Origin: a bacterium
Lineage (GTDB): Bacteria > UBA8248
Assembly (NCBI GenBank): GCA_965213685.1
Contig: CBDBZY010000003.1
Coordinates: 96,001-160,000 of the forward strand
Length of the DNA stretch: 64,000 nucleotides
Direction: 5' to 3'
Positions 27,825 to 38,036 of this stretch are shown here, piece by piece. A model generated the notes under the pieces. It did not search any database, was not told where the DNA came from, and worked only from the letters and a program-made list of their open reading frames with translations. The translations under genes and the position numbers were made by a program. How positions within the stretch are numbered: the first letter of the stretch is position 1; every line of letters starts with the position of its first letter.

Positions 27825-28537
27825 CGCGCTCCTGTTCTGGTCGTTCCGGGGCTCCGAGTTTTCATTCCAGCAATTCTGGCGCGGTGCACCCCAGCTGTTT
27901 CACTTCTTCGGCCGGATGAGCCCGCCGGACTGGTCGGTCGGGGACGTGGTGCTGGCCTCGGCCGCCGAGACGCTGCAAACCACCGTCGCGGGCACCTTCC
28001 TGGGCGCCTTGTTCGCCTATCCGCTGGGCGTGCTCGCGGCGTCGAACTGGACGCCGGTCTGGGTGCATCTGCCCGTGAAGGCGTTCATGGCCTTTGTCCG
28101 CTCCATCCCCCTGCTGCTGCTCGCCCTGCTGTTCGTGTCCGCCGTGGGTCTGGGCCCCTTCCCCGGCGCCCTCGCTCTGGCGGTGCACTCCGTCGGCGTG
28201 CTCGGCCGGTTCGTGGCGGAGGAGATCGAGGCTACGGACCCGCGGCCCCTGCTCGCGCTGCAGGGGACGGGAGCGTCGTCCGTCCAGGTCATTCAGCATG
28301 GCCTCATCCCCCAGGTGCTGCCACAGATGGTCGCGCACCTGGCCATACGCTTCGAGATGAACCTGCGCGACTCCACGATTTTGGGCCTCGTCGGCGCGGG
28401 GGGGGCTGGGTTTTTACGTGTTCTTGTATGTGAAGCAGTTTCAATGGGAGAAGTCGGGCGTCCTCGTGCTGGCCATCATCGCGCTGGTTTTCGCGGGAGA
28501 GTTCGTCGCGTGGCAGGTCAGAAAACGCCTGATGTAG
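27745..28537 (+). CDS. phnE: PhnE-like ABC permease (apparent +1 frameshift in a G8 run)
   Basis: PPDW, ETL, RSIP, GLGPFPG, FEMNLRDSTILGLVGAGG; deleting one G at 28398-405 restores GAGGLG and a last TM helix, stop at 28537. Confidence 0.85.
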
Positions 28538-28620
28538 CCGGAGCGCCCCGCCGGGCGGAGTGACGGAAAACCTCGTTCGGCCCGCCGCCATCCCGAGAGC
28601 GGGCGCGGGAGGAAGCGCGC

Positions 28621-30302
28621 ATGGATACCCTGATTGGCCTGTTGGATGAAGCCAGGGCGAAATTTCCCGACGCGATCGCCTTGGAAGGCGATGTGGACGG
28701 GCGGGGACGGGTGACGCTCACGCGGGCGCAGCTCGCCGAGAGGGCGGCCGCCCTGGCCCGCGAACTGACGGATGCGGGGGTGAAGCCGGGCGACCTCGTC
28801 GCCCTGCTGGGGCCGAATCAACCGGAATGGGCGGTGGGTTATTTCGGGGCGCTGCTCGCCGGGGGCGTCCTCGTGCCGCTGGACGTGAGCCTGAAGGAGG
28901 GGGAACTCGCGAACATTCTGGCGAAGGCGCAGCCCGTTTGCCTCGTGGCGGACGCCCGGGAGCGGGAGCGGGCCCGCGCGCTGGCGCGGGACGTGTCGCC
29001 CGCCTGCCGGGTGCTGCGCTTCGATGAGGGGCGGGGCGGGGCCGGCGTAGCGCCGCCGCTGGACGCTCTGCCGGGCGCCCGGCGCGGGCCGGACGATCTC
29101 GCGCTGATATCGTTCTCGTCCGGAACGACGGGAGCGCCCAAGGGGGTGATGCTCTCTCACGGGAACATCGCGTCCAACGTGCGCGCCGTGCTCGGGCCAT
29201 TCCAGGCCGGGGCGGACGACGTCTTCCTCTCGATTCTGCCCCTTCACCACATGTTCGAGAGCACGGGCGGCCTCCTGATACCGCTGATGGCCGGCGCGAG
29301 GGTGCATTACCTCTCCTCCCTGAACCCGCGCCTCATCGCGGACGCCATGCAAAACGAGGGGGTCACCATCTGCCTGATGGTGCCGGCACTCGCGCGCCTC
29401 ATCCACAAGCGCATCATGTCGACCGTGGAGTCGCTGAGGGGGGCGAGGAAGATCATTTTCAGCGCCCTGTTCGGCCTCTCCGGCGTCTGCCTGTCCCTGG
29501 GCTGGCGCGTCGGCCGGTTTCTGTTTCCCCCGGGTGAGAAAAAACCTGGGGGAGAATTTGCGCTACTTCGCGAGCGGCGGCGCCGCCCTCGACCCGATGG
29601 TCGCTCGGGATTTGCTCGTTCTGGGAGTCGAGGTGATTCAGGGATACGGGTTGACGGAAACGTCGCCCATCACCCATGCGAATCCGCCGGGAGCGCCCAA
29701 CAGAATCGGAACCGTGGGCCCGCCGATTCCAGGGGTGGAGGCGCGCATCGAGCCTGTGGAGGGTGCGGATGCGGGCGAGGGGGAAATCCTGATACGCGGG
29801 CCGAACGTGATGCAGGGCTATTTCGGGAGCCCGGCGATGACGGCGGAAGTCCTGCGGGACGGCTGGTTTCATACCGGAGACATCGGCCGCGAGGACGCCG
29901 AGGGCTACCTCACGATATGCGGCCGCTCCAAGAACGTCATCGTCTCGGAATCGGGGAAAAACATCTACCCCGAAGAGGTGGAGGAGCACCTCCTGAAGAG
30001 CGAACTGTTTCAGGAGGTGTGCGTGCTCGGCAAGAAAACGCCGCACGGCGGGGAGGAGGCGTTCGCCGTCGTCGTGCTCGACCCGGAGGCCGACTTGCCG
30101 GAAGACGACAAGGCGCGCGCAGCCCGGGCCGAAGCCGAGCTGAGGCGCTGGAGTGCCCAGCTGGCGGATTACAAGAGGGCCGCCGGCTTTTTTTCTGTGG
30201 CCCGGTGAGGAGCTGCCCAGAACCACGACGCGAAAGCACAAGCGCGAGGACATCAAGGCGACCTTGCGGGAGCGGCCAGAGTTTTCCGCGAGTGATTTCT
30301 GA
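28621..30302 (+). CDS. Long-chain acyl-CoA synthetase / AMP-binding enzyme (two apparent +1 frameshifts)
   Basis: SSGTTGAPKGVML, LPLHH.FE, GYGLTETSP, GWFHTGD, GKNIYPEEVE, LPRTTTRK; shifts at C5 (29527-31) and T7 (30188-94). Confidence 0.85.
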
Positions 30303-30376
30303 CCCCCCCTCGGGCGGGGGGAGATGTGTTGTCTCGTCCGCGCCGGCGGATGGACGAAATCAATGGAGGGGATCCG

Positions 30377-31589
30377 ATGGATATGTCCCAGGCGATACGG
30401 GACGCCTCCCAGGCGCTCCGGCCCTGGCTCTCCGAGGCGAGGCGCGGGATGCACATGAACCCCGAACTCGGCTACGAGGAGCGCGAGACGGCGCGGCGCG
30501 TCGCGGAGACGCTCCGGGGGCTGGGCCTCCGGGTGGACGCCGGCGTCGCGGAGACGGGGGTGGTCGGCCTCCTCGAGACCGGACGCCCGGGCCCCACCAT
30601 CGGCATCCGCGCCGACATGGACGCCCTCCCCATCGAGGAGTCCAACGACGTGCCCTACAGGAGCCGGCGCCCGGGGAAGATGCACGCCTGCGGCCATGAC
30701 GCCCACGTGAGCATGCTGCTGGGCGCGGCGCGCCTCCTCGCCGAGAACGAAGCGTGGGCTCGACGGCCTGGACGGCAACGTCAAATTCATCTTTCAGCCC
30801 GCCGAGGAGGGGAAGGCCGGCGGCAAGCGGATGGTGGAGGAGGGGATTCTGGAAGCCCCCCGGGTGGATATGCTCATTGCCGCCCACGTCTGGCCGGACA
30901 TGCCGGCGGGCCGCATCAGCACGCGCCCGGGGCCCGTGCTGGCGGCGTCGGACAAACTCCTCTTCCGCGTCTGCGGGCAGAGTGCTCACGCGGCGTATCC
31001 CCATCAGTCCAGAGACGCCCTGGTGGCCGCCTCGCACCTTGTGGCCGCACTCCAATCCGTCGTGAGCAGAAACGTCGGCCCGTTCGAGGCCGCCGTTTTG
31101 TCCGTCACGGGGTTCGAGTCCGGCGTCGCGATCAACGTCGTGCCACGGGAGGCCAGGCTGCAGGGAACCATCCGCACGCACGATCCGAGCGTCCGGGAGA
31201 GGATGAAGGAGCGCGTGCGGGCGGTGGCGCGCGGGGTGGCGGAGGCGTTCGGCGTCCGGATCGACCTCGAGGTCACGCCCGGCTATCCCGCCCTGGTGAA
31301 CCACGAGGCGGCCGTCGCGCTGGTGGAAAGCGCCGGTGCGCAGGTTCTCGGGGCGGAGAGCGTGGGCGAGATGCCGCTTTCGATGGGGGCTGAGGATTTC
31401 GCCTACATGGCGGCGCAGCGGCCCGGCGCCTTGTTCCGCGTGGGCGTGCGGAACGAGGAGAGGGGCATTGTGCACGGGCTACACTCGGACCGATTCGACC
31501 TGGACGAGGACGCGCTGCCGGTAGGCGTCTGTGTCTTCGCCCAGGCGGCGGTGGAGTTCCTGGGAAATCCGGAAAAGTATCTCGCATAG
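30377..31589 (+). CDS. M20D-family amidohydrolase (apparent +1 frameshift near 30757)
   Basis: HMNPELGYEE, RADMDAL, MHACGHD, FQPAEEG after the shift, MGAEDF, LHS. Confidence 0.9.
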
Positions 31590-31659
31590 ATTTTCCCGGC
31601 GACCCCCGGGAAAGACATGCCGCATCCTTGCCCGTCCGGCGGAGAGGCGCGCCTTGGTG

Positions 31660-32523
31660 ATGGAGCCATTCTTCTTGTTTGCCCTGGGGTCGGCGATGTG
31701 CTTCACCTGCGCGGATTTCTTTGCGCGCAAGGGGCTACAGCACGCGAACCACTTCGCGGGCGCCGCCATCACGCTGGTGGGGGAGCTGGCGTTTTTTGTT
31801 CCGCTGGTCTTTCTTCTCGATTCCCCGTTTCCAGAAGCGGGCGCGCACTATCTATGGGTGATGCTCGGCGGAATGTGCAACCCGGGGTTTTTCCTCGTCT
31901 TCTTCCTGATCGGCATTCACCGGATCGGCGTGGCGCGCGCCGCGCCGATCAAGGGGATGTCCCCGATTTTCGCCGCCTTCTTGGGGCTCGTCGTGCTGGG
32001 GGAGGAGCCGGCCTGGTATCATCTGGTGGGCGTTGCGTTTGTGGTGGGCGGCATCGTTCTGCTCCTGTCCGGGAAGACGCAGGGGCGATGGAGCCGCTGG
32101 GACGCGCGCTGGCCCGTGTTCGCGGCCATGATATCGGCGGTCGGCTCCATCTCGTGGAAAAAGGGCCTGGCCGCTTTCCCGAGCACCCTCGCCGCCTCGA
32201 CGATAGGCGCGGCGGCCGCCCTCCTCGTGGTGGGCGCCTACGCCTGCCGCGCCTTGCGGGAGGAGGGCGCGGGCGACGTGCGTCGGGCGTTTTCGCCGTA
32301 TATGCTGGGCGGCGTGGCGGCCGGCATGGGCATCTTCCTCTTCGCGTCTGCCCTGCGGGAGAGCGAGGTGTTCCGGGTGGTGCCGCTGGTGCAGACGAGT
32401 CCCTTGTTCACCGTCTTGTTTAGCGTTATTTTTCTCCGGCGCATCGAGGCCATCACCTGGCGCGAGCCCGCCGGGGCGGCGATCACCGTGTGCGGCGTCG
32501 TCCTCGTCGTCCTGCGCGCTTGA
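31660..32523 (+). CDS. DMT/EamA-family transporter
   Basis: About 10 hydrophobic helices in two repeats; SPIFAA..G..VLGE and SPLFTV..S..FL..E. Confidence 0.85.
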   Translation: MEPFFLFALGSAMCFTCADFFARKGLQHANHFAGAAITLVGELAFFVPLVFLLDSPFPEAGAHYLWVMLGGMCNPGFFLVFFLIGIHRIGVARAAPIKGMSPIFAAFLGLVVLGEEPAWYHLVGVAFVVGGIVLLLSGKTQGRWSRWDARWPVFAAMISAVGSISWKKGLAAFPSTLAASTIGAAAALLVVGAYACRALREEGAGDVRRAFSPYMLGGVAAGMGIFLFASALRESEVFRVVPLVQTSPLFTVLFSVIFLRRIEAITWREPAGAAITVCGVVLVVLRA

Positions 32524-32617
32524 GGGGGGCGCGGCCGGATGGACTTCGGGCGCAAAAGCCAGTATATGGTCATCCTTTGAGGAATTCATGGGTTGAAGCC
32601 CTCTTGGCCGTTCGCTC

Positions 32618-32695
32618 GTCCCCATCGTCTAGCCTGGCCCAGGACACCGGCCTTTCACGCCGGCAACAGGGGTTCGAATCCCCTTGGGGACGCCA
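32618..32695 (+). tRNA. tRNA-Glu (UUC)
   Basis: Acceptor stem GTCCCCA/TGGGGAC, anticodon arm CCGGC-CT-TTC-AC-GCCGG, GGTTCGAATCC T-loop, encoded CCA. Confidence 0.97.
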
Positions 32696-32796
32696 GCCGG
32701 AGGCGCCGGGCTTGTGTTTTTTCTGCGGTTCCCATCAACGGGTTGTCCGCCTCGTCTGATGGGACGTGATTTGGAATGACAAGAAGGACACGCCGG

Positions 32797-33786
32797 ATGT
32801 TTTCCTTTGATGGAAAATCGATTTTGGTGACCGGGGGAACGGGCTCGTTCGGCAGGAAATTCGCCGAGATATTCCTGGGGCGCTACAAGCCGAAAAAATA
32901 CATTGTCTTCAGCCGGGATGAATTGAAGCAGCATGAGATGCGCCGGCAGTTTCCGGATTCGCCCACCTCGCCCCTGCGCTATTTTATCGGGGACGTCAGG
33001 GACAAGGACAGGATGTACAGGGCCTTTCACGAGGTGGATGTTGTCGTGCACGCGGCCGCGCTGAAGCAGGTGCCCGTCTGCGAGTACAATCCTTTTGAGG
33101 CGGTGAAAACAAACATTCATGGCGCGCAGAACGTGATTGACGCCGCCATCGACAACGGCGTCGAGCGGGTGATGGCCCTCAGTACGGACAAGGCGGTGAG
33201 CCCGGCCAATTTGTATGGGGCGACGAAACTGTGCGCGGAAAAAATGTTTGTCCATGGCAACAACTATTCCGGGGGCGCCCGGACGACGAGATTCGCGTGC
33301 GTGCGCTACGGGAACGTTGTGGGCAGCAGGGGGAGCGTTCTGCCCGTTTTCAACGAGCAGCGGCGGAGCGGGAAGATCACCGTGACGGATGAACGCATGA
33401 CCCGTTTCTGGCTTACTCTGGAGCAGGGCGTGGAGTTCGTCATTCGCTGTATCTCGCAGATGGAGGGGAGCGAGGTTTTCGTTCCCAAGGTTCCGAGCAT
33501 GAGCGTCATGGAGTTGGCCGAGGTGGTCGCTCCGGATTGCGCGATTGACATTGTCGGCATCCGGCCCGGCGAGAAATTGCACGAGGTGCTCATCTCGCCG
33601 GAGGAGGCCAGATATTCCGTTGAACGCGATGCCATGTATGTGATTCGGGGCAACCCCTTTTCCCGAAGCGGGAGAGCACCCGAGGAGGGCAGCCCCCTCC
33701 CGGATGGATTCAGCTACACGAGCGATGCGAACGCGCAATGGCTCAGCAAGGAAGAGTTGAAAAAGTGGATTCGCCTGGACGGGTGA
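32797..33786 (+). CDS. pseB: UDP-N-acetylglucosamine 4,6-dehydratase (inverting)
   Basis: TGGTGSFG, SRDELKQ, HAAALKQVP..EYNP.E, STDKA, YGATK, RYGNV.GSRGSV, GIRPGEKLHE. Confidence 0.93.
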   Translation: MFSFDGKSILVTGGTGSFGRKFAEIFLGRYKPKKYIVFSRDELKQHEMRRQFPDSPTSPLRYFIGDVRDKDRMYRAFHEVDVVVHAAALKQVPVCEYNPFEAVKTNIHGAQNVIDAAIDNGVERVMALSTDKAVSPANLYGATKLCAEKMFVHGNNYSGGARTTRFACVRYGNVVGSRGSVLPVFNEQRRSGKITVTDERMTRFWLTLEQGVEFVIRCISQMEGSEVFVPKVPSMSVMELAEVVAPDCAIDIVGIRPGEKLHEVLISPEEARYSVERDAMYVIRGNPFSRSGRAPEEGSPLPDGFSYTSDANAQWLSKEELKKWIRLDG

Positions 33787-34029
33787 TCGGGCGTCGCCCG
33801 GGCACCAGCCGTTGATCTGGAAGCTACTACACCCGGATATATCCAGCGGATAGAGCCGGGGGCACTGCGTGGGCGGCGGATGACGCCTCCGTAGCACTCT
33901 GCAGCACTCTCTGGCCGGGCGGCCGCAGGAGGCGGTCCGCCCCGAGGCCGGGACGCCTTGTATTCTCGACGCCCCGGCCTTCTGTGTGTGCTCTGGTCTT
34001 TCATGATTTTCATGATTTGCTTGGAGAGG

Positions 34030-34734
34030 ATGGTGAGCCTGACCTGTCTGATACCGGCCCGCGGAGGCTCCAAAAGATTTCCTTCAAAGAACATCGCCCT
34101 GTTCAGAAACAAGCCGCTGATTGCGCATGCTATCGGGACGGCGGCCGCGTCCGGCTTGTTTGGGGAGATATGGGTTTCCACCGATGATGCGGCCATTGAG
34201 GAGGTTGCAAAAAGCGCGGGCGCGCGCATCCATGAACGCCCTCCCGAACTGGCGGATGATGCGACCACAGTCGCGCAGGTTTGTCTTGATTTTCTCGGCT
34301 GGCTGCGCGGCCAGAACAGGGAGATAGACGTTCTGTGCACCATTTTGCCGACCGCCGTCCTCCTGCAGCCGGGCGATCTTCGCGGAGGCCATGCGCTTTT
34401 TGAACGCGGAGAGTGCGATGTGGTAATGGCCGTGACGGAGTACTTCAAGCCGCCGTTTTGGGCGCTCGCCGAGGAGAACGGATTTTTGAAGCCCGCTTTC
34501 GGGCGGGAGTATTTTTTGAGAAACAGCCAGTTTTTGCCGGAAGTGTTTGCCGATAGCGGCTCATTTTATTTTGCGAGGACGGATGCGTTCGAGAGAGAGA
34601 AGATATTTTACGGGGGACGCCTGAAGGGCTACAAGATTCCGAAGACCCACGCCTTCGATATTGATGAGCCGATTCATTTGCACATCGCGGAGTCTTTGCG
34701 CGACTATCGGGAGAAGCATCCGGATGGCGGGTGA
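34030..34734 (+). CDS. CMP-nonulosonic acid synthetase (PseF/NeuA family)
   Basis: IPARGGSKR.P.KNI, VSTDD, RP.ELADD, SQ.L, D.G.FY, DIDE. Confidence 0.9.
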   Translation: MVSLTCLIPARGGSKRFPSKNIALFRNKPLIAHAIGTAAASGLFGEIWVSTDDAAIEEVAKSAGARIHERPPELADDATTVAQVCLDFLGWLRGQNREIDVLCTILPTAVLLQPGDLRGGHALFERGECDVVMAVTEYFKPPFWALAEENGFLKPAFGREYFLRNSQFLPEVFADSGSFYFARTDAFEREKIFYGGRLKGYKIPKTHAFDIDEPIHLHIAESLRDYREKHPDGG

Positions 34735-34813
34735 AGCCCTTCTCCCGTCGCTCCCGGAATGAGACGGGCGCTCCGTTTCCGTGCCGGCAACGATGCCGGC
34801 GCCCCGGAGGGGG

Positions 34814-35768
34814 GTGATTCCAGATTCAAAAGTTGCTTGTCACAGGCGCGAGTGGATTGTTGGGCGGCAATTTGGCTTGGCAAGCCTCCTGGCAGTATCG
34901 CGTATTCGGGGTGTCGCGCTCCGCTTCTGTCCGTTTTTCCCCCTGGAGCGGGGTGCAGTGCGATCTTGCGGAAAAAACATCCACCCATCGTTGTTTGAGC
35001 CGGATTGCGCCCGACGCCATCGTTCATGCTGCGGCGATGACCGATGTGGATGCGTGCGAGAAAGACCCTGGGTTGGCGATGGAGCAGAACGTGCTCGTGT
35101 CGTCAACGATTGCGGAGTGGGCGCATGCGCACAAGTCGTTTCTCCTCTACATATCTACGGATGCCGTTTTTGACGGCACAGAGGGGGGATATGCGGAGGA
35201 TGCGCACCCGAAGCCTCTGAACGCATATGCGCGCACCAAACTCATGGCCGAGGAGGCTGTACGCTCGATTTGTCCGGAGAGCTTGATCCTGAGGACAAGC
35301 CTATACGGGTGGAATTCCCGAGACAGACTCGGTTTCGGGGAATGGGTGCTGCGCGGGTTGCTGGAAAAAGAAAGAAGGACGATGTTCACGGACGTATATT
35401 TTTCGCCTCTGTATGCGGGCGATTTGGCTCGCGTGATTCTGGATTTGATACCGATGCGGGCAACGGGCGTATATCATGCGGGCGCCTCCGATGGCTGCTC
35501 GAAGTATGCGTTTGCTCATCTGTTGGCCGAGGTTTTCGGCCTGGATACAGAGCCGATAGTGCCGGTTTCCATAGAAGATGTGTCGTTGGCTGCGCAGCGG
35601 CCGAGGGATACGACCTTGCGCATCGGGAAGCTGCGGAATCTGCTGGGCCGACCCATGCCGACGATGGCCGAAGGCGTGCGGAGATTCCACGATTCTTTGC
35701 GAACGGGATTCGTGAAATCCTTGAAGGGAGAATTGCCGCCCTGGCTGGTGGGTTGCGGCGGTGGGTAG
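34814..35768 (+). CDS. RmlD-like SDR NDP-4-keto-sugar reductase
   Basis: LVTGASGLLG, HAAA.T.VD.CE, ISTD.VFDG, YARTK; probable GTG start at 34814 needs one A removed from A4 (34828-31), otherwise TTG at 34833. Confidence 0.88.
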
Positions 35769-36876
35769 GATTCTCTACGTATCGCAAGGATATTCCACGC
35801 ACGACAGGAGATTTTTGGAAGAGCTGGGCAAATCCGAACACGCCGTCTGGTTCTTGCCTTTTGCGGAGGGTGCCTATCGCCTGGAGTCTCGCCCGCTTCC
35901 CGACGGGATACAGGCGCTTCCCCCGCTACTGAAAAACAAGGAGACGCCGAGCGTTCCGGACTGGCCGGCTCTCGTTCTGCGCTTTCGAAGACGCCTGCTC
36001 GAGGCGGCACCGGATATCGTTCATGCGGGACCGGTGCAGACGGGCGCCTTCCTGGCCGCGCTTTGCAAGACAGCACCTTTGCTTGTCATGTCCTGGGGGT
36101 CGGATATTCTGGTTGTTCCGGACAAGAATCGGTGGATGCGCCGCCTGACGACGTTCACGTTGGCGCGCGCGGATATGGTTCTGGGAGATTGCGCGGCCGT
36201 CCGGGAGCGCGTGTCGTGCCTGTCTGGTTTGCGGGACGATCAGATAGTGTGTTTTCCGTGGGGGATCGACGTCCGGAAGTTTATGCCCGGGAAATCAACG
36301 ATGGGCCTGCGAAAAAGGCTGGGCTGGGAGGATCGCTTCATCGTCATTGCCACAAGGGGTTTCGAGGCGATTCACGCACCCCTCGTTTTCCTCGAGGCTA
36401 TGAAACGGGTGGTGGCCTCTCGCCCTGACGTGGGGGCGATCATGATCGGCGATGGCGGTTTGCGGTCCCGAGCGGAGGAGTTTATCGATAGGAACGATCT
36501 CGCGGGCCACGTGTATTGCCCCGGCCGGATACCGAACCCGAACATGGCCGACCATTTCCATGAGGCGGATTTGTATGTGAGCACCACGCTCAGTGACGGC
36601 ACATCGGTCAGCATGCTGGAGGCCATGGGTTGCGGTCTTCCCGTGGCCGTTGTAGATGGCTACGGGAATCGCGAATGGGTGGTGCCGGAGAAGAATGGAT
36701 GGTTGTATCCGACCGGAGACGCCGAAGCCCTGAGCCGGGTGATTCTGGACGCCTGTCCAAAAGAACCGGAACGAATGAAAATGTCGCATCGCAACAGGAT
36801 GCTCGTCGAGGAGAGGGCGGACTGGAGCAAAAATATCGGGCAACTGTTTGACATCTATGAACGTCTATCGGGTTAG
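35761..36876 (+). CDS. GT4 glycosyltransferase
   Basis: PDIVHA, WGSD, PWGID, SDGTSVSMLEAM.CGLP; GT-B layout. Confidence 0.88.
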   Translation: MGRILYVSQGYSTHDRRFLEELGKSEHAVWFLPFAEGAYRLESRPLPDGIQALPPLLKNKETPSVPDWPALVLRFRRRLLEAAPDIVHAGPVQTGAFLAALCKTAPLLVMSWGSDILVVPDKNRWMRRLTTFTLARADMVLGDCAAVRERVSCLSGLRDDQIVCFPWGIDVRKFMPGKSTMGLRKRLGWEDRFIVIATRGFEAIHAPLVFLEAMKRVVASRPDVGAIMIGDGGLRSRAEEFIDRNDLAGHVYCPGRIPNPNMADHFHEADLYVSTTLSDGTSVSMLEAMGCGLPVAVVDGYGNREWVVPEKNGWLYPTGDAEALSRVILDACPKEPERMKMSHRNRMLVEERADWSKNIGQLFDIYERLSG

Positions 36877-36894
36877 GTTGCGGGGTTCTGCGAT

Positions 36895-37974
36895 ATGCCG
36901 AATTTTCAGATCGGGGATCGGTGGATTGGCGATGCCCACCCCACGTATTTCATAGCGGATATCGCCGCCAACCATGACGGCAGCCTGGAGCGGGCGAAGC
37001 GGCTTGTTCGGCTGGCGAAGGAAGCGGGGGCCGACGCCGCCAAGTTTCAGCATTTCAGCGCACCGAAGATCGTGAGCGAATACGGGTTTGGCGCCATGCG
37101 GGGCAAGTTGTCCCACCAGGCGGGGTGGGAAAAGTCGGTGTATGAGGTGTATGAGGACGCCTCCGTCCCCTGGGAATGGACGGAGGAGCTGAAAACCTGC
37201 TGCGATGAGGCGGGCATTGATTTCTTTTCGTCTCCGTATGATTTCGGGGCGGTGGATTTTCTGGAGCCGTATGTGGATGTCTACAAAATCGGCTCAGGCG
37301 ATATCACCTGGCATGAGATGCTTCGCAAAATCGCAGGCAAGGGCAAACCCGTTATCCTGGCGACCGGCTCCTCGGACCTGGGAGACGTCCAGCGGGCGGT
37401 CCGGTGTATTCTGCAGAGCAACGGAGAATTGGCGCTTCTTCAATGCAACACGAACTACACGGGCTCGGAGGAGAATTTTCGGCACATCCACTTGAACGTG
37501 CTGCGGACGTTTCGTATGCTCTACCCCTCCGTGGTGGTCGGCCTCTCCGACCATACGCCAGCCCATGCGACAGTTTTGGGGGCGATCGCCCTGGGGGGCA
37601 GGGTCGTGGAGAAGCATTTTACGGACGATGTCAATCGAAAAGGCCCCGATCATGCGTTTTCGATGACGCCCGACGCCTGGTGCGAGATGGTCGATAGGGC
37701 ACGGGAGCTGGAGGCGGCTCTGGGGGGAACGGAAAAAGCGGTAGGCGAGAACGAGCGCGACACGGTGGTCGTGCAGAGAAGGTGCCTGCGCGCGCGGTCG
37801 GACCTGGAGGCGGGAACGATCGTCGCGCGCGAGCATATCGAGATTCTCAGGCCCGCCCCCCCGGACTCCATCGCTCCATATGATGTGGAGAAAATCATCG
37901 GGAAACGAATCAGCCGACCGATGCGGGCGGGCCAGGAGTTCACGTGGGATGTGGTGGTGGGGGCAGTGGCGTAA
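36895..37974 (+). CDS. NeuB/PseI-family nonulosonic acid synthase #1
   Basis: IADIAANHDG, GADAAKFQ, KIGSGD, GLSDHT, EKHFT, GPDH, C-terminal SAF/AFP-like domain. Confidence 0.92.
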   Translation: MPNFQIGDRWIGDAHPTYFIADIAANHDGSLERAKRLVRLAKEAGADAAKFQHFSAPKIVSEYGFGAMRGKLSHQAGWEKSVYEVYEDASVPWEWTEELKTCCDEAGIDFFSSPYDFGAVDFLEPYVDVYKIGSGDITWHEMLRKIAGKGKPVILATGSSDLGDVQRAVRCILQSNGELALLQCNTNYTGSEENFRHIHLNVLRTFRMLYPSVVVGLSDHTPAHATVLGAIALGGRVVEKHFTDDVNRKGPDHAFSMTPDAWCEMVDRARELEAALGGTEKAVGENERDTVVVQRRCLRARSDLEAGTIVAREHIEILRPAPPDSIAPYDVEKIIGKRISRPMRAGQEFTWDVVVGAVA

Positions 37975-38036
37975 TTTGCATGTAAATCACTGCGCGCACA
38001 TGGGTGGACGCGGCGCGTTTGATTGTGCGGGGACGC

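Noticed and set aside
28621-30699. 692-aa ORF as a single AMP-binding fusion protein
   Set aside because: The C-terminal half is out-of-frame read-through after a homopolymer shift; the corrected gene ends at 30302.
33787-34029. Remnant of pseC between pseB and the CMP-synthetase
   Set aside because: No DegT/PseC-like motif in the forward frames; only short micro-repeats (gcactct, tttcatga).
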